From a virus (lineage: Duplodnaviria; Caudoviricetes), in the IMG/VR virus record IMGVR_UViG_3300031811_000008, positions 1 to 28,060 of that record: a DNA stretch of 28,060 nucleotides; one strand, 5' to 3'. The stretch's first letter is position 1. Every line of letters begins with the position of its first letter. This document shows positions 1 through 7,968 of this stretch, one piece after another. The position numbers and the translations under genes were made by a program. Below the pieces are notes generated by a model. That model was given only the letters and a program-made list of their open reading frames with translations, was not told the DNA's origin and searched no databases.

Positions 1-1
1 G

Positions 2-178
2 CCGAATGGGGCCGGGGAGGAAGACCTCGAGGCCGCCGAGGCTCTGGTCGCCGAGGAAGCCCACAAGGTCGGGAAGAAAACCTTCCAGATTGTCGGCGAC
101 CCCGGCTCGGCAATGGACGCCTTCGCGGCATTTTGTGCCGTCCAATCCGGCGAGCTTCACTTAACGGTCACTTACTAA
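2..178 (+). CDS. Hypothetical protein, 5'-truncated
   Basis: Open frame from the window edge (...EEDLEAAEALVAEEAHKVGKKTFQ...LTVTY*) ending at TAA 176-178, 12 nt before the next gene. Confidence 0.7.
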   Translation, partial: PNGAGEEDLEAAEALVAEEAHKVGKKTFQIVGDPGSAMDAFAAFCAVQSGELHLTVTY

Positions 179-190
179 AGGCGGTCGGCC

Positions 191-862
191 ATGTGGTTAA
201 TGACGAACCGAGGGTTTTACAGCATAGTTGAGAAGCCGTGGGACAAGCCCGATTCGACCCTCACGGTTCGCGCTCGCCGGCGGTCGGACATCGAGGCGTT
301 CCTCGCGCTTATCGAGGACAACGCGCTTGACTCCATTCCGAGCGCCCGGGCCGATCACATGGCCGAGGGAACCGACTTTATCGAGTTCGACGACCGAGCC
401 GACTACGCTTGGCGGGTTCGCGTTCCGCGGACTCAAGTCGGGCTCGTCGTTGCCCGGGTTATCGGCGGGATTGATTACGACAATTTCAAGTCGGACGTTG
501 CGAAGAAAGGGCTCCACGACCACGCCTCTTGTTACTCGTCCGTTTGGGGCGCCATGTCTCGCTTGCAGGACGGCGGCGCCTACTCGAGCGGCAATCGACC
601 GAAAGGGGGGGGCGGTCAAACGCATCTCCCTTTTTCAAACAGCTTTGGCGGCGCTACCGAGGCGGGCGTCGCTGAGGCTGTTGAACCTTGGACAGCCGCG
701 GAAGAGTGGGACGATTGGGCCTGTCCGCACTGCTCCGAACAGGTTGACCCCGAGGCATTTAGGGCAACGGGCGCTTGCGACAACTGCGAAACTGAACTCG
801 TAAGCTGCCTCGGCTGCGGCGAATGGCTCGGCGGCCAGCATGATTGCACCGACTACTTTTAA
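191..862 (+). CDS. Conserved-looking hypothetical protein with C-terminal zinc ribbon
   Basis: 223 aa; N-terminal MWLMTNRGFYSIV..LTVRAR..DY.WR..IDYDNFKS globular domain, Gly-rich linker, then CPHC/CDNC/CLGC/HDC. Confidence 0.85.
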   Translation: MWLMTNRGFYSIVEKPWDKPDSTLTVRARRRSDIEAFLALIEDNALDSIPSARADHMAEGTDFIEFDDRADYAWRVRVPRTQVGLVVARVIGGIDYDNFKSDVAKKGLHDHASCYSSVWGAMSRLQDGGAYSSGNRPKGGGGQTHLPFSNSFGGATEAGVAEAVEPWTAAEEWDDWACPHCSEQVDPEAFRATGACDNCETELVSCLGCGEWLGGQHDCTDYF

Positions 863-865
863 CCC

Positions 866-893
866 TTGCTCCGCGGTTCCAATGCGCTATATT
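866..893 (+). promoter_or_regulatory. Putative sigma70-like promoter
   Basis: TTGCTC-16 bp-TATATT upstream of a GAGGAGG RBS; shares ATGCGCTATATT with the promoter at 20841-20869. Confidence 0.55.
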
Positions 894-926
894 AGCGGCC
901 CCTTTTTTCCTGAGGAGGAAACACTT

Positions 927-1655
927 TTGGCAACAGACGCCGCTTGGCAGAAGGGGGCCGCGGTCTTGCAAATGACGTACGGAAAGCTTGCAAGCCGTCA
1001 AGCCCTTGGAGGATTGTATCGAAGCTTAAACGACCTAGACGACGAACAGCTGCTCGAAGCCATTTCTCGCCATTGCGACGACGATACGCCGGACGGCGGT
1101 CGCCTCATTGGCGAGTGGTTTCCCAAGCCCGCCCGACTCCGGTTCCACGCCAACGCCTTTAAAGTGATTCGCGATCGCCAATGGAGGGCCGCCCTTGAAG
1201 TCGAGGAAGCCCGCTTCCGGGCGATCGCAGAGGCGAAACCGAAAAAGACCGTCGCCTTCCCGGGTGGCGGCGAATATGGCCTGCCAGCAAGCCTTGAGGT
1301 TAGCTCGGCGGCCTGTAAAGAGTGCGCCGATTCCGGCCTTTCCCCCTACTACATCCCGAAGCTGCTCGACCACCCACGGGACAAATACCGCGTGTTTCTG
1401 GCGAGCGAGTTCGCAAAGATGCCTTCCGAGCTTCGGCCCCGCTTCCGTAGATACTCGGCGGTGTGCGATTGCAAGGCCGGCCAGATGCGCCGCGCCAAGC
1501 ATCCGACACAGCACGTCGCGGAAAAGATAGCCGGCCGGGATCGGCGCTGTTACATAACGATCGAGGAAGCGCGCCAGATGGCAGAGAAACGCTTTGCCAA
1601 GGAAGGCGGGCAATATGGCATTAGCGAGCCCGAGGTCGCCACGATCCGCATTTAA
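927..1655 (+). CDS. Putative replication protein (helicase loader/inhibitor-like N-terminus) with Cys-rich C-terminal domain
   Basis: TTG start at 927 after GAGGAGG; Y..L.DL....L..A...H...WFPKPA.LR pattern typical of lambda P/G39P-like proteins; CKECADSG and AVCDC motifs. Confidence 0.6.
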   Translation: MATDAAWQKGAAVLQMTYGKLASRQALGGLYRSLNDLDDEQLLEAISRHCDDDTPDGGRLIGEWFPKPARLRFHANAFKVIRDRQWRAALEVEEARFRAIAEAKPKKTVAFPGGGEYGLPASLEVSSAACKECADSGLSPYYIPKLLDHPRDKYRVFLASEFAKMPSELRPRFRRYSAVCDCKAGQMRRAKHPTQHVAEKIAGRDRRCYITIEEARQMAEKRFAKEGGQYGISEPEVATIRI

Positions 1656-1678
1656 AGGGCTCAGGAGAGGAGATTGAT

Positions 1679-1858
1679 ATGTCGCCGAAAGGGCGGGTTG
1701 GCCCCGTTGAGCACGGCCAAATGAACCGCGAGCGCATCGCGCGCTTAACGCGGATTTATCACACCCCGAAATACGCCGGCGAGGCGAGCGGCATTCCGCC
1801 GTCTTCGCTCGCCAGAGCGGCGAAGCGTTTCGGGCTCAAATTCCGCTCGGAAGATTAG
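1679..1858 (+). CDS. Small Fis-like helix-turn-helix protein
   Basis: 59 aa, below the ORF-track cutoff; strong RBS (GGAGAGGAG); RIARLTRIYHTPKYAGEASGIPPSSLARAAKRFGL fits an HTH pattern. Confidence 0.7.
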   Translation: MSPKGRVGPVEHGQMNRERIARLTRIYHTPKYAGEASGIPPSSLARAAKRFGLKFRSED

Positions 1859-1886
1859 AGCGGACGCACGAAAGGAACCCCTCAAA

Positions 1887-2381
1887 ATGCAGTTGACATC
1901 GAATGCAATCCTTGACGCCTACCGCCAGTACCGTTGTGCTTTTATTGCCGGCGCGTACGGCGGGGGCTGGCGCTTGCCCGGGCGCCCGAACAAGTGCGGG
2001 AACGACGCGAAGACGGACGACGAGAAGGCGTTCGCGGTTCGCGCCCACAATCACGCGGCGGAAATGCTGCGGACGGAAGTCGAGCGTTTCACAATGGCCC
2101 ACACGACCGGCCAAGTGGTAATGGGAGAGGAAACAGAAAACCTCATTTCGTCGCTCACGGCGAGAATCGAACCGCCGAAGCCGCCGCGGCCGGAAGTCGA
2201 GGTCGTGAACGAGGCGGTAGACCTTGCGCGGCGAGTCTTCATCGACGGACCTCAGCATGTTGGCCCCCAAGCGGCCGCGGACAGGCTGATACAGCTTCAA
2301 GCCGAGGTTGCGCGGAACGATAGGCGCCGGCGGATCGATAGCGCCCACGGAATACCCGTCTTCGCCGACGAGGACGGGTGA
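1887..2381 (+). CDS. Hypothetical protein
   Basis: 164 aa ORF, AAGGA RBS, same strand as neighbours. Confidence 0.75.
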   Translation: MQLTSNAILDAYRQYRCAFIAGAYGGGWRLPGRPNKCGNDAKTDDEKAFAVRAHNHAAEMLRTEVERFTMAHTTGQVVMGEETENLISSLTARIEPPKPPRPEVEVVNEAVDLARRVFIDGPQHVGPQAAADRLIQLQAEVARNDRRRRIDSAHGIPVFADEDG

Positions 2382-2538
2382 AACCCCTTCTCTACTTGGC
2401 GGCCGGTGCAATCGGGGGCGCTTTTCTGGCCCTCCTGCATCGGTCCGCCATTCTTCGCGCGATCGGCCACTTATTCGCCATGATCGTAACCGCTTTAAAC
2501 CTTCACGACGCCCCGACGAGATGGGACGAACGGAAATA

Positions 2539-3000
2539 ATGACCGAACCAACGTTACCGCCAGAAGCGCCCGACGACGACGCGCCACCGCTGCCGATTGA
2601 AATCGTATCTCAGGCGCTCCACCAATTCGCCGAGTTCCTCAAGGAGGCCAGCGAAAGCGCCGACGATAACTGTTTCGAAGATCCGAACGCCCACAATAAC
2701 GCCTTGGTTTCGTCAATCGCGCTGCTCGGGTTCGTCCCGAATATGTTGGCGTCCGATTACGTCCAGGCTCAAAAATGCCTTGCCGAACTCATGTCGGCGC
2801 TGTTCACGGCCTTACAGATCCCGCGACGGAGCCACGGCGCTTTTGCTGCGGGGATGCTGGACGGCATCACGGCCGAGAAGGCCCGCGAAGACGGCGGCGG
2901 CATACTCAAGCCAAGCGGCGTCGAAGTGAGCCGCTACGGCAAGCTCATGGCCCGTAACGGCAAACGCCACGGCGGGAACCGAAAGGGGAAAGGGAAATAA
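2539..3000 (+). CDS. Hypothetical protein (acidic/Pro N-terminus, basic C-terminal tail)
   Basis: Protein-like composition begins at MTEPTLPPEAPDDD; start uncertain (ATG 2521 or 2539); stop overlaps the next ATG. Confidence 0.75.
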   Translation: MTEPTLPPEAPDDDAPPLPIEIVSQALHQFAEFLKEASESADDNCFEDPNAHNNALVSSIALLGFVPNMLASDYVQAQKCLAELMSALFTALQIPRRSHGAFAAGMLDGITAEKAREDGGGILKPSGVEVSRYGKLMARNGKRHGGNRKGKGK

Positions 3001-3194
3001 TGGATCCAGACAACGTAGACCTTATGAACAGGCACGGCGTATCTGTCGGCGCCGGGGGGATTGTAATGATGATTCCGCCAATGGCTCCAATGTCGAATGA
3101 GGACGCGCTCGTTTTGGCCGCTTGGCTGGTTACAATGACCGTTCCCGACGATGGGCATTTCGACGCCATCCTCGAGCAAGTGCAGGGAACATGA
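3000..3194 (+). CDS. Hypothetical protein
   Basis: 64 aa, TAATG coupling upstream and ATGA coupling downstream. Confidence 0.75.
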   Translation: MDPDNVDLMNRHGVSVGAGGIVMMIPPMAPMSNEDALVLAAWLVTMTVPDDGHFDAILEQVQGT

Positions 3195-3415
3195 GCAAGA
3201 TAATTAGCGATATAACAACAATGCACCAGCGCCGGCGCATTGTTTTGACCGAACAGCAAGTCCGCCGCGCCGTGGGAGTTTGGGCTTCAAATAACGACGA
3301 CGCCTTTCCCAAAGGCGGTCCGTTTGGAGCCCCCGCGGAGATGGAGTCCGGCGGAACGACCCACCCGGGGAATTACGTGTTCACTTGGGAGATTTCCGTC
3401 GAGGATGGCGAATAA
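3191..3415 (+). CDS. Hypothetical protein
   Basis: 74 aa from ATG 3191 (ATGA overlap). Confidence 0.7.
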   Translation: MSKIISDITTMHQRRRIVLTEQQVRRAVGVWASNNDDAFPKGGPFGAPAEMESGGTTHPGNYVFTWEISVEDGE

Positions 3416-3633
3416 TGCCTTGGGGCGGAACCCGGGTCAATCGCGGCGGGGCTGCTTTGCCGCTCAGCCCCGGGACACACTGCGAGCTTGACGGTGAAGC
3501 CGCTACGGTGTGCCTATATCAGCCGGCCGAGGGCGGGTTCGTGTATTGGGTCAGGATTAACTCGAAGCCGCGCACGGAGCCTTGGCGGCGCGTGAAGCGA
3601 ACCGAAATAAAAGCAGGGATCGAACTAATATGA
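3415..3633 (+). CDS. Hypothetical protein (small beta-rich)
   Basis: 72 aa from ATG 3415 (TAATG overlap, GAGGA RBS). Confidence 0.65.
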   Translation: MPWGGTRVNRGGAALPLSPGTHCELDGEAATVCLYQPAEGGFVYWVRINSKPRTEPWRRVKRTEIKAGIELI

Positions 3634-3827
3634 TGAGTAATCGTACGTATTTTCTAACCCGCCGGCTGTATAGTCGGGGGTCAGTCTTGACGCCGGGGCG
3701 CTTTGGCGGAACTCGCGTCCGATTCCCCGGCAAAGATTATTATTCGCCGGTCTGGTTTAACGAGGAGCCCGCCACGGTTTTAATCTGGATTCAAGAGCAG
3801 GATAAAAACGAGAGGTTGGACCTATGA
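3630..3827 (+). CDS. Hypothetical protein
   Basis: 65 aa, ATGA overlaps at both ends. Confidence 0.65.
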   Translation: MMSNRTYFLTRRLYSRGSVLTPGRFGGTRVRFPGKDYYSPVWFNEEPATVLIWIQEQDKNERLDL

Positions 3828-4045
3828 ACTGGCGCGAGAAAGCCGAAGACGCCGAGCGCCTTATCGAGCAAATGGGGCCGCCGCATGATATCCCGTTCGA
3901 CGAACTCGCCGAGCACGGGATAATACTCGACCCGAAGTTTCCGCTGCCCCCGGGGCCGACGACTTTAAAGCTGGTTAAAGTGGCCCTGGAGTCGCGAATC
4001 GAAATTTACCGCGCCCTGCTTACCGGGCTTTTCCCGACCGAATGA
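3824..4045 (+). CDS. Hypothetical protein
   Basis: 73 aa, GAGG RBS, ATGA overlaps. Confidence 0.7.
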   Translation: MNWREKAEDAERLIEQMGPPHDIPFDELAEHGIILDPKFPLPPGPTTLKLVKVALESRIEIYRALLTGLFPTE

Positions 4046-4233
4046 CGCCCGGCGACATTTTGATCTACCTAGACGACGAGCGAATCGACGAGGGGGTCGT
4101 CGAAATGACGAACTCCCTTACCGAGGGTCCGCTTTGGACGATCGACGGGGTAGTCGTAGAGCCCGCGGGGCCGCTGGTTTGCATCGAAGGCCCGGACCTC
4201 AAGCTTATGTGGAGGTTCAAGCGGTGCGACTAG
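4042..4233 (+). CDS. Hypothetical protein
   Basis: 63 aa, ATGA overlap. Confidence 0.6.
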   Translation: MTPGDILIYLDDERIDEGVVEMTNSLTEGPLWTIDGVVVEPAGPLVCIEGPDLKLMWRFKRCD

Positions 4234-4248
4234 TCGCAAGAGGAATGA

Positions 4249-4557
4249 GTGATGAATAAGACTGAACACATCCTCGCCTGCATCATCGAAGAGTGCGCCG
4301 AGGTCCAACAAGCAGCCACCAAGGCGTTGCGATTTGGACTGGAAGATCGCTACCCCGACCGTCCTCCGAATACATCTAACCGGCAGGACATCATTTCCGA
4401 ACTCGCAGACCTCCGCGCAGTTATGGATATGGCTTGCGGGCTTGGGCTTGGCATATGGATGCCCCTTGCTAATCCAGACAAGCGGAAGAAGGTTGGGAAG
4501 TGGATGGCTCACGCCGTAGGAACAGGAGCCCTCGTGGAGGATGAAGGGAGCGACTGA
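4249..4557 (+). CDS. MazG-like nucleoside triphosphate pyrophosphohydrolase
   Basis: EECAEVQQAATKALRFG ... ISELADL matches the all-alpha NTP-PPase EExxE / ExxD motifs. Confidence 0.8.
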   Translation: MMNKTEHILACIIEECAEVQQAATKALRFGLEDRYPDRPPNTSNRQDIISELADLRAVMDMACGLGLGIWMPLANPDKRKKVGKWMAHAVGTGALVEDEGSD

Positions 4558-5040
4558 ATGAAACACTTACTAATCGAACGCTTCACCACCCACCGCGATC
4601 TCGGCACCTTGTCGATGGCCAGCTTTCCGTCGATACCAAGCACCAACGCCAAGTTCCCCTATTTGGAGCCCCCGTGGGCCAATAATGAGCCTTACAAGTC
4701 CTGCGTCCCACCTGGGGTCTACACGGGAATCTGGGATAATTCGCCCAAGTACGGCGACGTCTATTTCTTGCTCGGTGGGACGGTGGTTCAGAATTCTTAT
4801 GACCTAAGCCACGGGGCCACCCGATTCGCATGTATCGCGGGGCACGGGGCCAACTGGCACTATCAGCTTCAAGGGTGCGGAGCGTTCGGGATGGCAAAGA
4901 TTGAAAACCACATAGGTCGGCCAGGATCCAACCGGCGTTCACACATGATCACGTCGTCCAAAAAGGCCCTGGGCAAGGTTCACGACATCCTCGAGCGCGA
5001 CCCCATTATCCAAATCACCATCGCCTGGGCAGCGCCATGA
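4558..5040 (+). CDS. DUF5675-family protein, putative cell-wall enzyme/endolysin
   Basis: GTL...LEPPWANNEPYKSCVPPGVY...SPKYG...HGANW..QLQGC, the characteristic DUF5675 pattern with a His/Cys pair. Confidence 0.8.
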   Translation: MKHLLIERFTTHRDLGTLSMASFPSIPSTNAKFPYLEPPWANNEPYKSCVPPGVYTGIWDNSPKYGDVYFLLGGTVVQNSYDLSHGATRFACIAGHGANWHYQLQGCGAFGMAKIENHIGRPGSNRRSHMITSSKKALGKVHDILERDPIIQITIAWAAP

Positions 5041-5078
5041 GTCCTCCATAGGCTTACAAGATAGGGGATCGGGAGGGG

Positions 5079-5183
5079 CTACTCGTCGCAGGTGAATTTG
5101 ATACCACAGTTGAAGCAGATCAGCTCACACCATAGGGCAATCATCAGGAAGCCACAGTTAGGACAGAGGTGTTCATTCATCAT
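5079..5183 (-). CDS. CPxCG-type zinc-finger microprotein (34 aa)
   Basis: MMNEHLCPNCGFLMIALWCELICFNCGIKFTCDE*; six Cys in CPxCG/CxxCG arrangement; RBS spacing suboptimal. Confidence 0.55.
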   Translation of the reverse strand: MMNEHLCPNCGFLMIALWCELICFNCGIKFTCDE

Positions 5184-5341
5184 CGGCCATTACGACCCTC
5201 GGGAGTTGTCCATGCCAGGACGGCAAAATAGGGCTGGGCTCGGGGCGAAATCTACATTCCGCCGCCCTCGAAGAAAGCGCTCCAGGCTTTTCGCGACACG
5301 ATGGGATACGAGCCGCTGGTCGCCTATGTCCGGTGGGCTGT

Positions 5342-5524
5342 TTAGGCGAGCAGTTTGACGAGTACGGTAATCGCGGCGGCGGCGCCAATGGTGCTAACCG
5401 CCGCGATTACTTTCATGTAGGCTTTTAGCGGATACACTTCGCTTTCCAGTGATAGAATCCGGCGCGCGTTCGATTCCCCGTCCTGTTGAACCTTCTTAAT
5501 CCAGCCCGATAAATCCTCATTCAT
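5342..5524 (-). CDS. Small membrane protein (coiled coil + C-terminal TM), lysis-module candidate
   Basis: 60 aa, ATGA-coupled to the holin; hydrophobic C-terminus VIAAVSTIGAAAAITVLV. Confidence 0.7.
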   Translation of the reverse strand: MNEDLSGWIKKVQQDGESNARRILSLESEVYPLKAYMKVIAAVSTIGAAAAITVLVKLLA

Positions 5525-5781
5525 TCGTGGCGCTGATGCGACCCCCGTAGCAGCCGTTTAACCCAGAGCTTGCCCAGGTTGACTCCCCAGGTGCCCAGAG
5601 CGGCGGCGTAAGCGTAGCTGGCGGGTTTGTCGCCCAAGGTTTCCGCGAGTCCAGGCCACCATTCCAGCACGACCATGAGCGCGGTCGGACCCGTTGCCCC
5701 GATGGCGATTGATTTTGCAGCCTTGCCCTTGAGCAGCTTACCGACGGCGGGTGCCGCGAGTTTTAGAATATTTCCGAACAT
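5521..5781 (-). CDS. Putative holin
   Basis: 86 aa with two hydrophobic segments and a basic C-terminus, located at the end of the late operon. Confidence 0.6.
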   Translation of the reverse strand: MFGNILKLAAPAVGKLLKGKAAKSIAIGATGPTALMVVLEWWPGLAETLGDKPASYAYAAALGTWGVNLGKLWVKRLLRGSHQRHE

Positions 5782-5833
5782 TTAGAGCCTGCTTTCGTAG
5801 CGTCCTATGCGAAAAATCCTTCGAACTCGGACA

Positions 5834-5852
5834 GAGCGCCTTGAAGGCGCTC
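5834..5852. repeat. Perfect 9-bp inverted repeat (GAGCGCCTT-G-AAGGCGCTC)
   Basis: Directly visible, intergenic between the fibre cassette and the holin. Confidence 0.85.
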
Positions 5853-5860
5853 AAGCGCTG

Positions 5861-6025
5861 CTAAGCCTTGGGCGGGAACAGCACGAGTAACCTTTTTCGT
5901 AGTTCAACCTGCTCTTTTAGTGCCATGTGCCGATTGAGCAATTCAGACATCTGACTCTCCGCGCTTTTGATGTCATTTTCCAGCGTAATCCTGTCGGCCT
6001 CAAGGGCCCTATTTTCTTCGCTCAC
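5861..6025 (-). CDS. Small coiled-coil protein (54 aa)
   Basis: GTG start after AAGGGG; MSEENRALEADRITLENDIKSAESQMSELLNRH..., heptad pattern. Confidence 0.65.
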   Translation of the reverse strand: MSEENRALEADRITLENDIKSAESQMSELLNRHMALKEQVELRKRLLVLFPPKA

Positions 6026-6045
6026 AAATTTTCAACCCCTTTCTC

Positions 6046-6369
6046 TCATAAGAGATCAACGGCATTCGAAATTCTTTCCACCCGTAACTTCAAGTCCGCA
6101 TAGGCATCTGCCACCGGATCGGTGCCGGTGTAGTCATTGATCTTGAACCTGTCTACATGCACCGCTTCCAACTGCTTACCCCACGGCTCCTCGTCGGCCT
6201 GGCGGTCTGCCGCAGAGGCGTATACCGCCACCTCGTAGACGAGATAGGTAACAGTTTCCAGTGTCTCCCCTGTGGCAACGTTGACTGGAGACTTGGTGAT
6301 CTTGTCTGTCTCTATCACTTTGATGTAGGCACTGGTCGGCCCTTCTAACACATCTGCTTGCAGTGCCAT
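6046..6369 (-). CDS. Putative tail-fibre assembly/accessory protein
   Basis: 107 aa from ATG 6369 with AAGGAG RBS; MALQ...SAYIKV...V.VYAS....AYADLK pattern of proteins that follow fibre genes. Confidence 0.7.
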   Translation of the reverse strand: MALQADVLEGPTSAYIKVIETDKITKSPVNVATGETLETVTYLVYEVAVYASAADRQADEEPWGKQLEAVHVDRFKINDYTGTDPVADAYADLKLRVERISNAVDLL

Positions 6370-6370
6370 C

Positions 6371-7699
6371 TTAATTCTCCTTCGATAGTAGCTTGAGTTC
6401 TGCTCTGATGGATTCAATCTGTTCTTGCTGGAGATCGCATACTTCACGCAATTCCATTCGGTCCATATATGCCTGCCAGTGCGCCCCCATGAAAACTCGC
6501 TGTAGCTGCGATCCGTTGACAAGTCCTGCATGGCCCTCGGCTGCATCTTCTGGAGAACAATATCCCAGCACGCCAATGTCAATCATGGTCTGCTTGTCAT
6601 ACTTCACCATCTCGTCCCACTTGCTACGGACGATAGTCTTGGGGTCCAGCGTTGCGGTAGCCATTGCCCTACAGATATGAGCATCATCATAAGCATCCCA
6701 CGCGCCGCCATCGGCACCGTCGTATTGGAAGTCGCCGTCTTCATCTATTCCAAATAAGGCTCGATTTGCACTCCCAACACGGCCACGAAAAGTATACACC
6801 ATGCCATTTGCAGTAATATCTGTAGATGAATTCGCCCCATCGTGTTCAGAGACATAATGGTCAAACAAGCCAACCACCGCCGAACTATGCGTTGTGTCAG
6901 CCGTCCCGCCGTAGGCGTCAATAGAAAACGATGGACCGGCGCTATCTTCACGAACCGAATTAAGGTAAGTGCCGCCATTCGCCCCATTATATTTTCCAAG
7001 GGTGAAATAAGAATCCGTCTCCATGACACCAGTAAACCCATGTGCTACGTCAGAGGACTTTAGGGCAAAGAGTTTATCGTCACTGGATGTCTGGTTGATT
7101 GTAATGCCTGTAGTCATATTGGCATTGGCTGTCTCATGTAGGCCGAGATTTGCGGATGTGCCATACATTGTAAAAGCAGCTCCGCCGTTATTGCTGAAAG
7201 CCAAGGTGTTCGCACTCAAGTCGGCTTGTATAAATGCTCGGTCATTGTCATCCGCGTCACCCATAACAAGAGTGGCCGTGTCATTCGTCCCTCCAAGCAT
7301 TGTAATGCCCACTGCGCCGCTGTTCTCAACAACCAAATCATCGTGGCTGGTACTGGCAGTTACAGACCCTGCTGTTGCCGTACGCACATGCAGGGTTCCA
7401 CCCCCAGAGGCAACCCGTATCCGCTCGGTGCCCCCGGTTGAAATCGCAACCGTATCTGCCGCTGGAAACCAGATTCCCGTGTTTGAGTCGCCATTCGGAG
7501 CTATAGACGGAGTGCCCGCAGCCCCGGCGCCCCAGCTGCCGGTCATGATGCCATCGGCGGCGGCGCTGTTGGTGATCGTATTGAGCGCCTCGTGAAGATG
7601 GTCGCAGTTGATCCGCGAGACGTTGAGATAATCCTCGGCGGTCGGGTCTTCCTCGGCCCATCGCGTCCCGGGGCCGGTGTATGCGTATGTATTCGCCAT
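6371..7699 (-). CDS. Tail fibre / receptor-binding protein
   Basis: 442 aa, G/S/T/N-rich beta repeats (GAAGTPSIAPNGDSNTGIWF..ERIRV), C-terminal coiled coil; located after the tail tip. Confidence 0.85.
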   Translation of the reverse strand: MANTYAYTGPGTRWAEEDPTAEDYLNVSRINCDHLHEALNTITNSAAADGIMTGSWGAGAAGTPSIAPNGDSNTGIWFPAADTVAISTGGTERIRVASGGGTLHVRTATAGSVTASTSHDDLVVENSGAVGITMLGGTNDTATLVMGDADDNDRAFIQADLSANTLAFSNNGGAAFTMYGTSANLGLHETANANMTTGITINQTSSDDKLFALKSSDVAHGFTGVMETDSYFTLGKYNGANGGTYLNSVREDSAGPSFSIDAYGGTADTTHSSAVVGLFDHYVSEHDGANSSTDITANGMVYTFRGRVGSANRALFGIDEDGDFQYDGADGGAWDAYDDAHICRAMATATLDPKTIVRSKWDEMVKYDKQTMIDIGVLGYCSPEDAAEGHAGLVNGSQLQRVFMGAHWQAYMDRMELREVCDLQQEQIESIRAELKLLSKEN

Positions 7700-7968
7700 T
7701 AGGGCAGTACCTTATCGAGAAGCCAATCTTCCTGCGGGGTCAGTTCGCGGAGCTTGGCGGCCATGTTCACGAGCATTTTACGGGATCCCTCCCAGCGCTG
7801 GCCGTATATCACTCGCCCGGGCTGGTTGATCGACTCCCGGGGAACCCATTCGACGCGCGTCAAGCTCACGGCTTGATTTAAAACGGTCACGCGCACGCTA
7901 TCCACCTCGACGACTTCGCCGCTGCGAAGGGCGAGGCTCAGCGTTTCCTCAGGCTTCGGGAAGCTCAT
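7699..7968 (-). CDS. Hypothetical tail-region protein
   Basis: 89 aa, abuts both neighbouring genes. Confidence 0.75.
   Translation of the reverse strand: MSFPKPEETLSLALRSGEVVEVDSVRVTVLNQAVSLTRVEWVPRESINQPGRVIYGQRWEGSRKMLVNMAAKLRELTPQEDWLLDKVLP

Noticed and set aside
840-926. ORF-track start at 840 for the replication protein
   Set aside because: It overlaps the previous gene and the promoter; TTG 927 has a GAGGAGG RBS.
5092-5388. ORFs 5092-5358(+) and 5173-5388(-)
   Set aside because: No protein-like features; the + ORF conflicts with the zinc-finger microprotein and the - ORF starts inside the upstream gene.
6371-7699. Diversity-generating retroelement or invertible fibre cassette
   Set aside because: No reverse transcriptase, template/variable repeat pair or invertase seen in the window.
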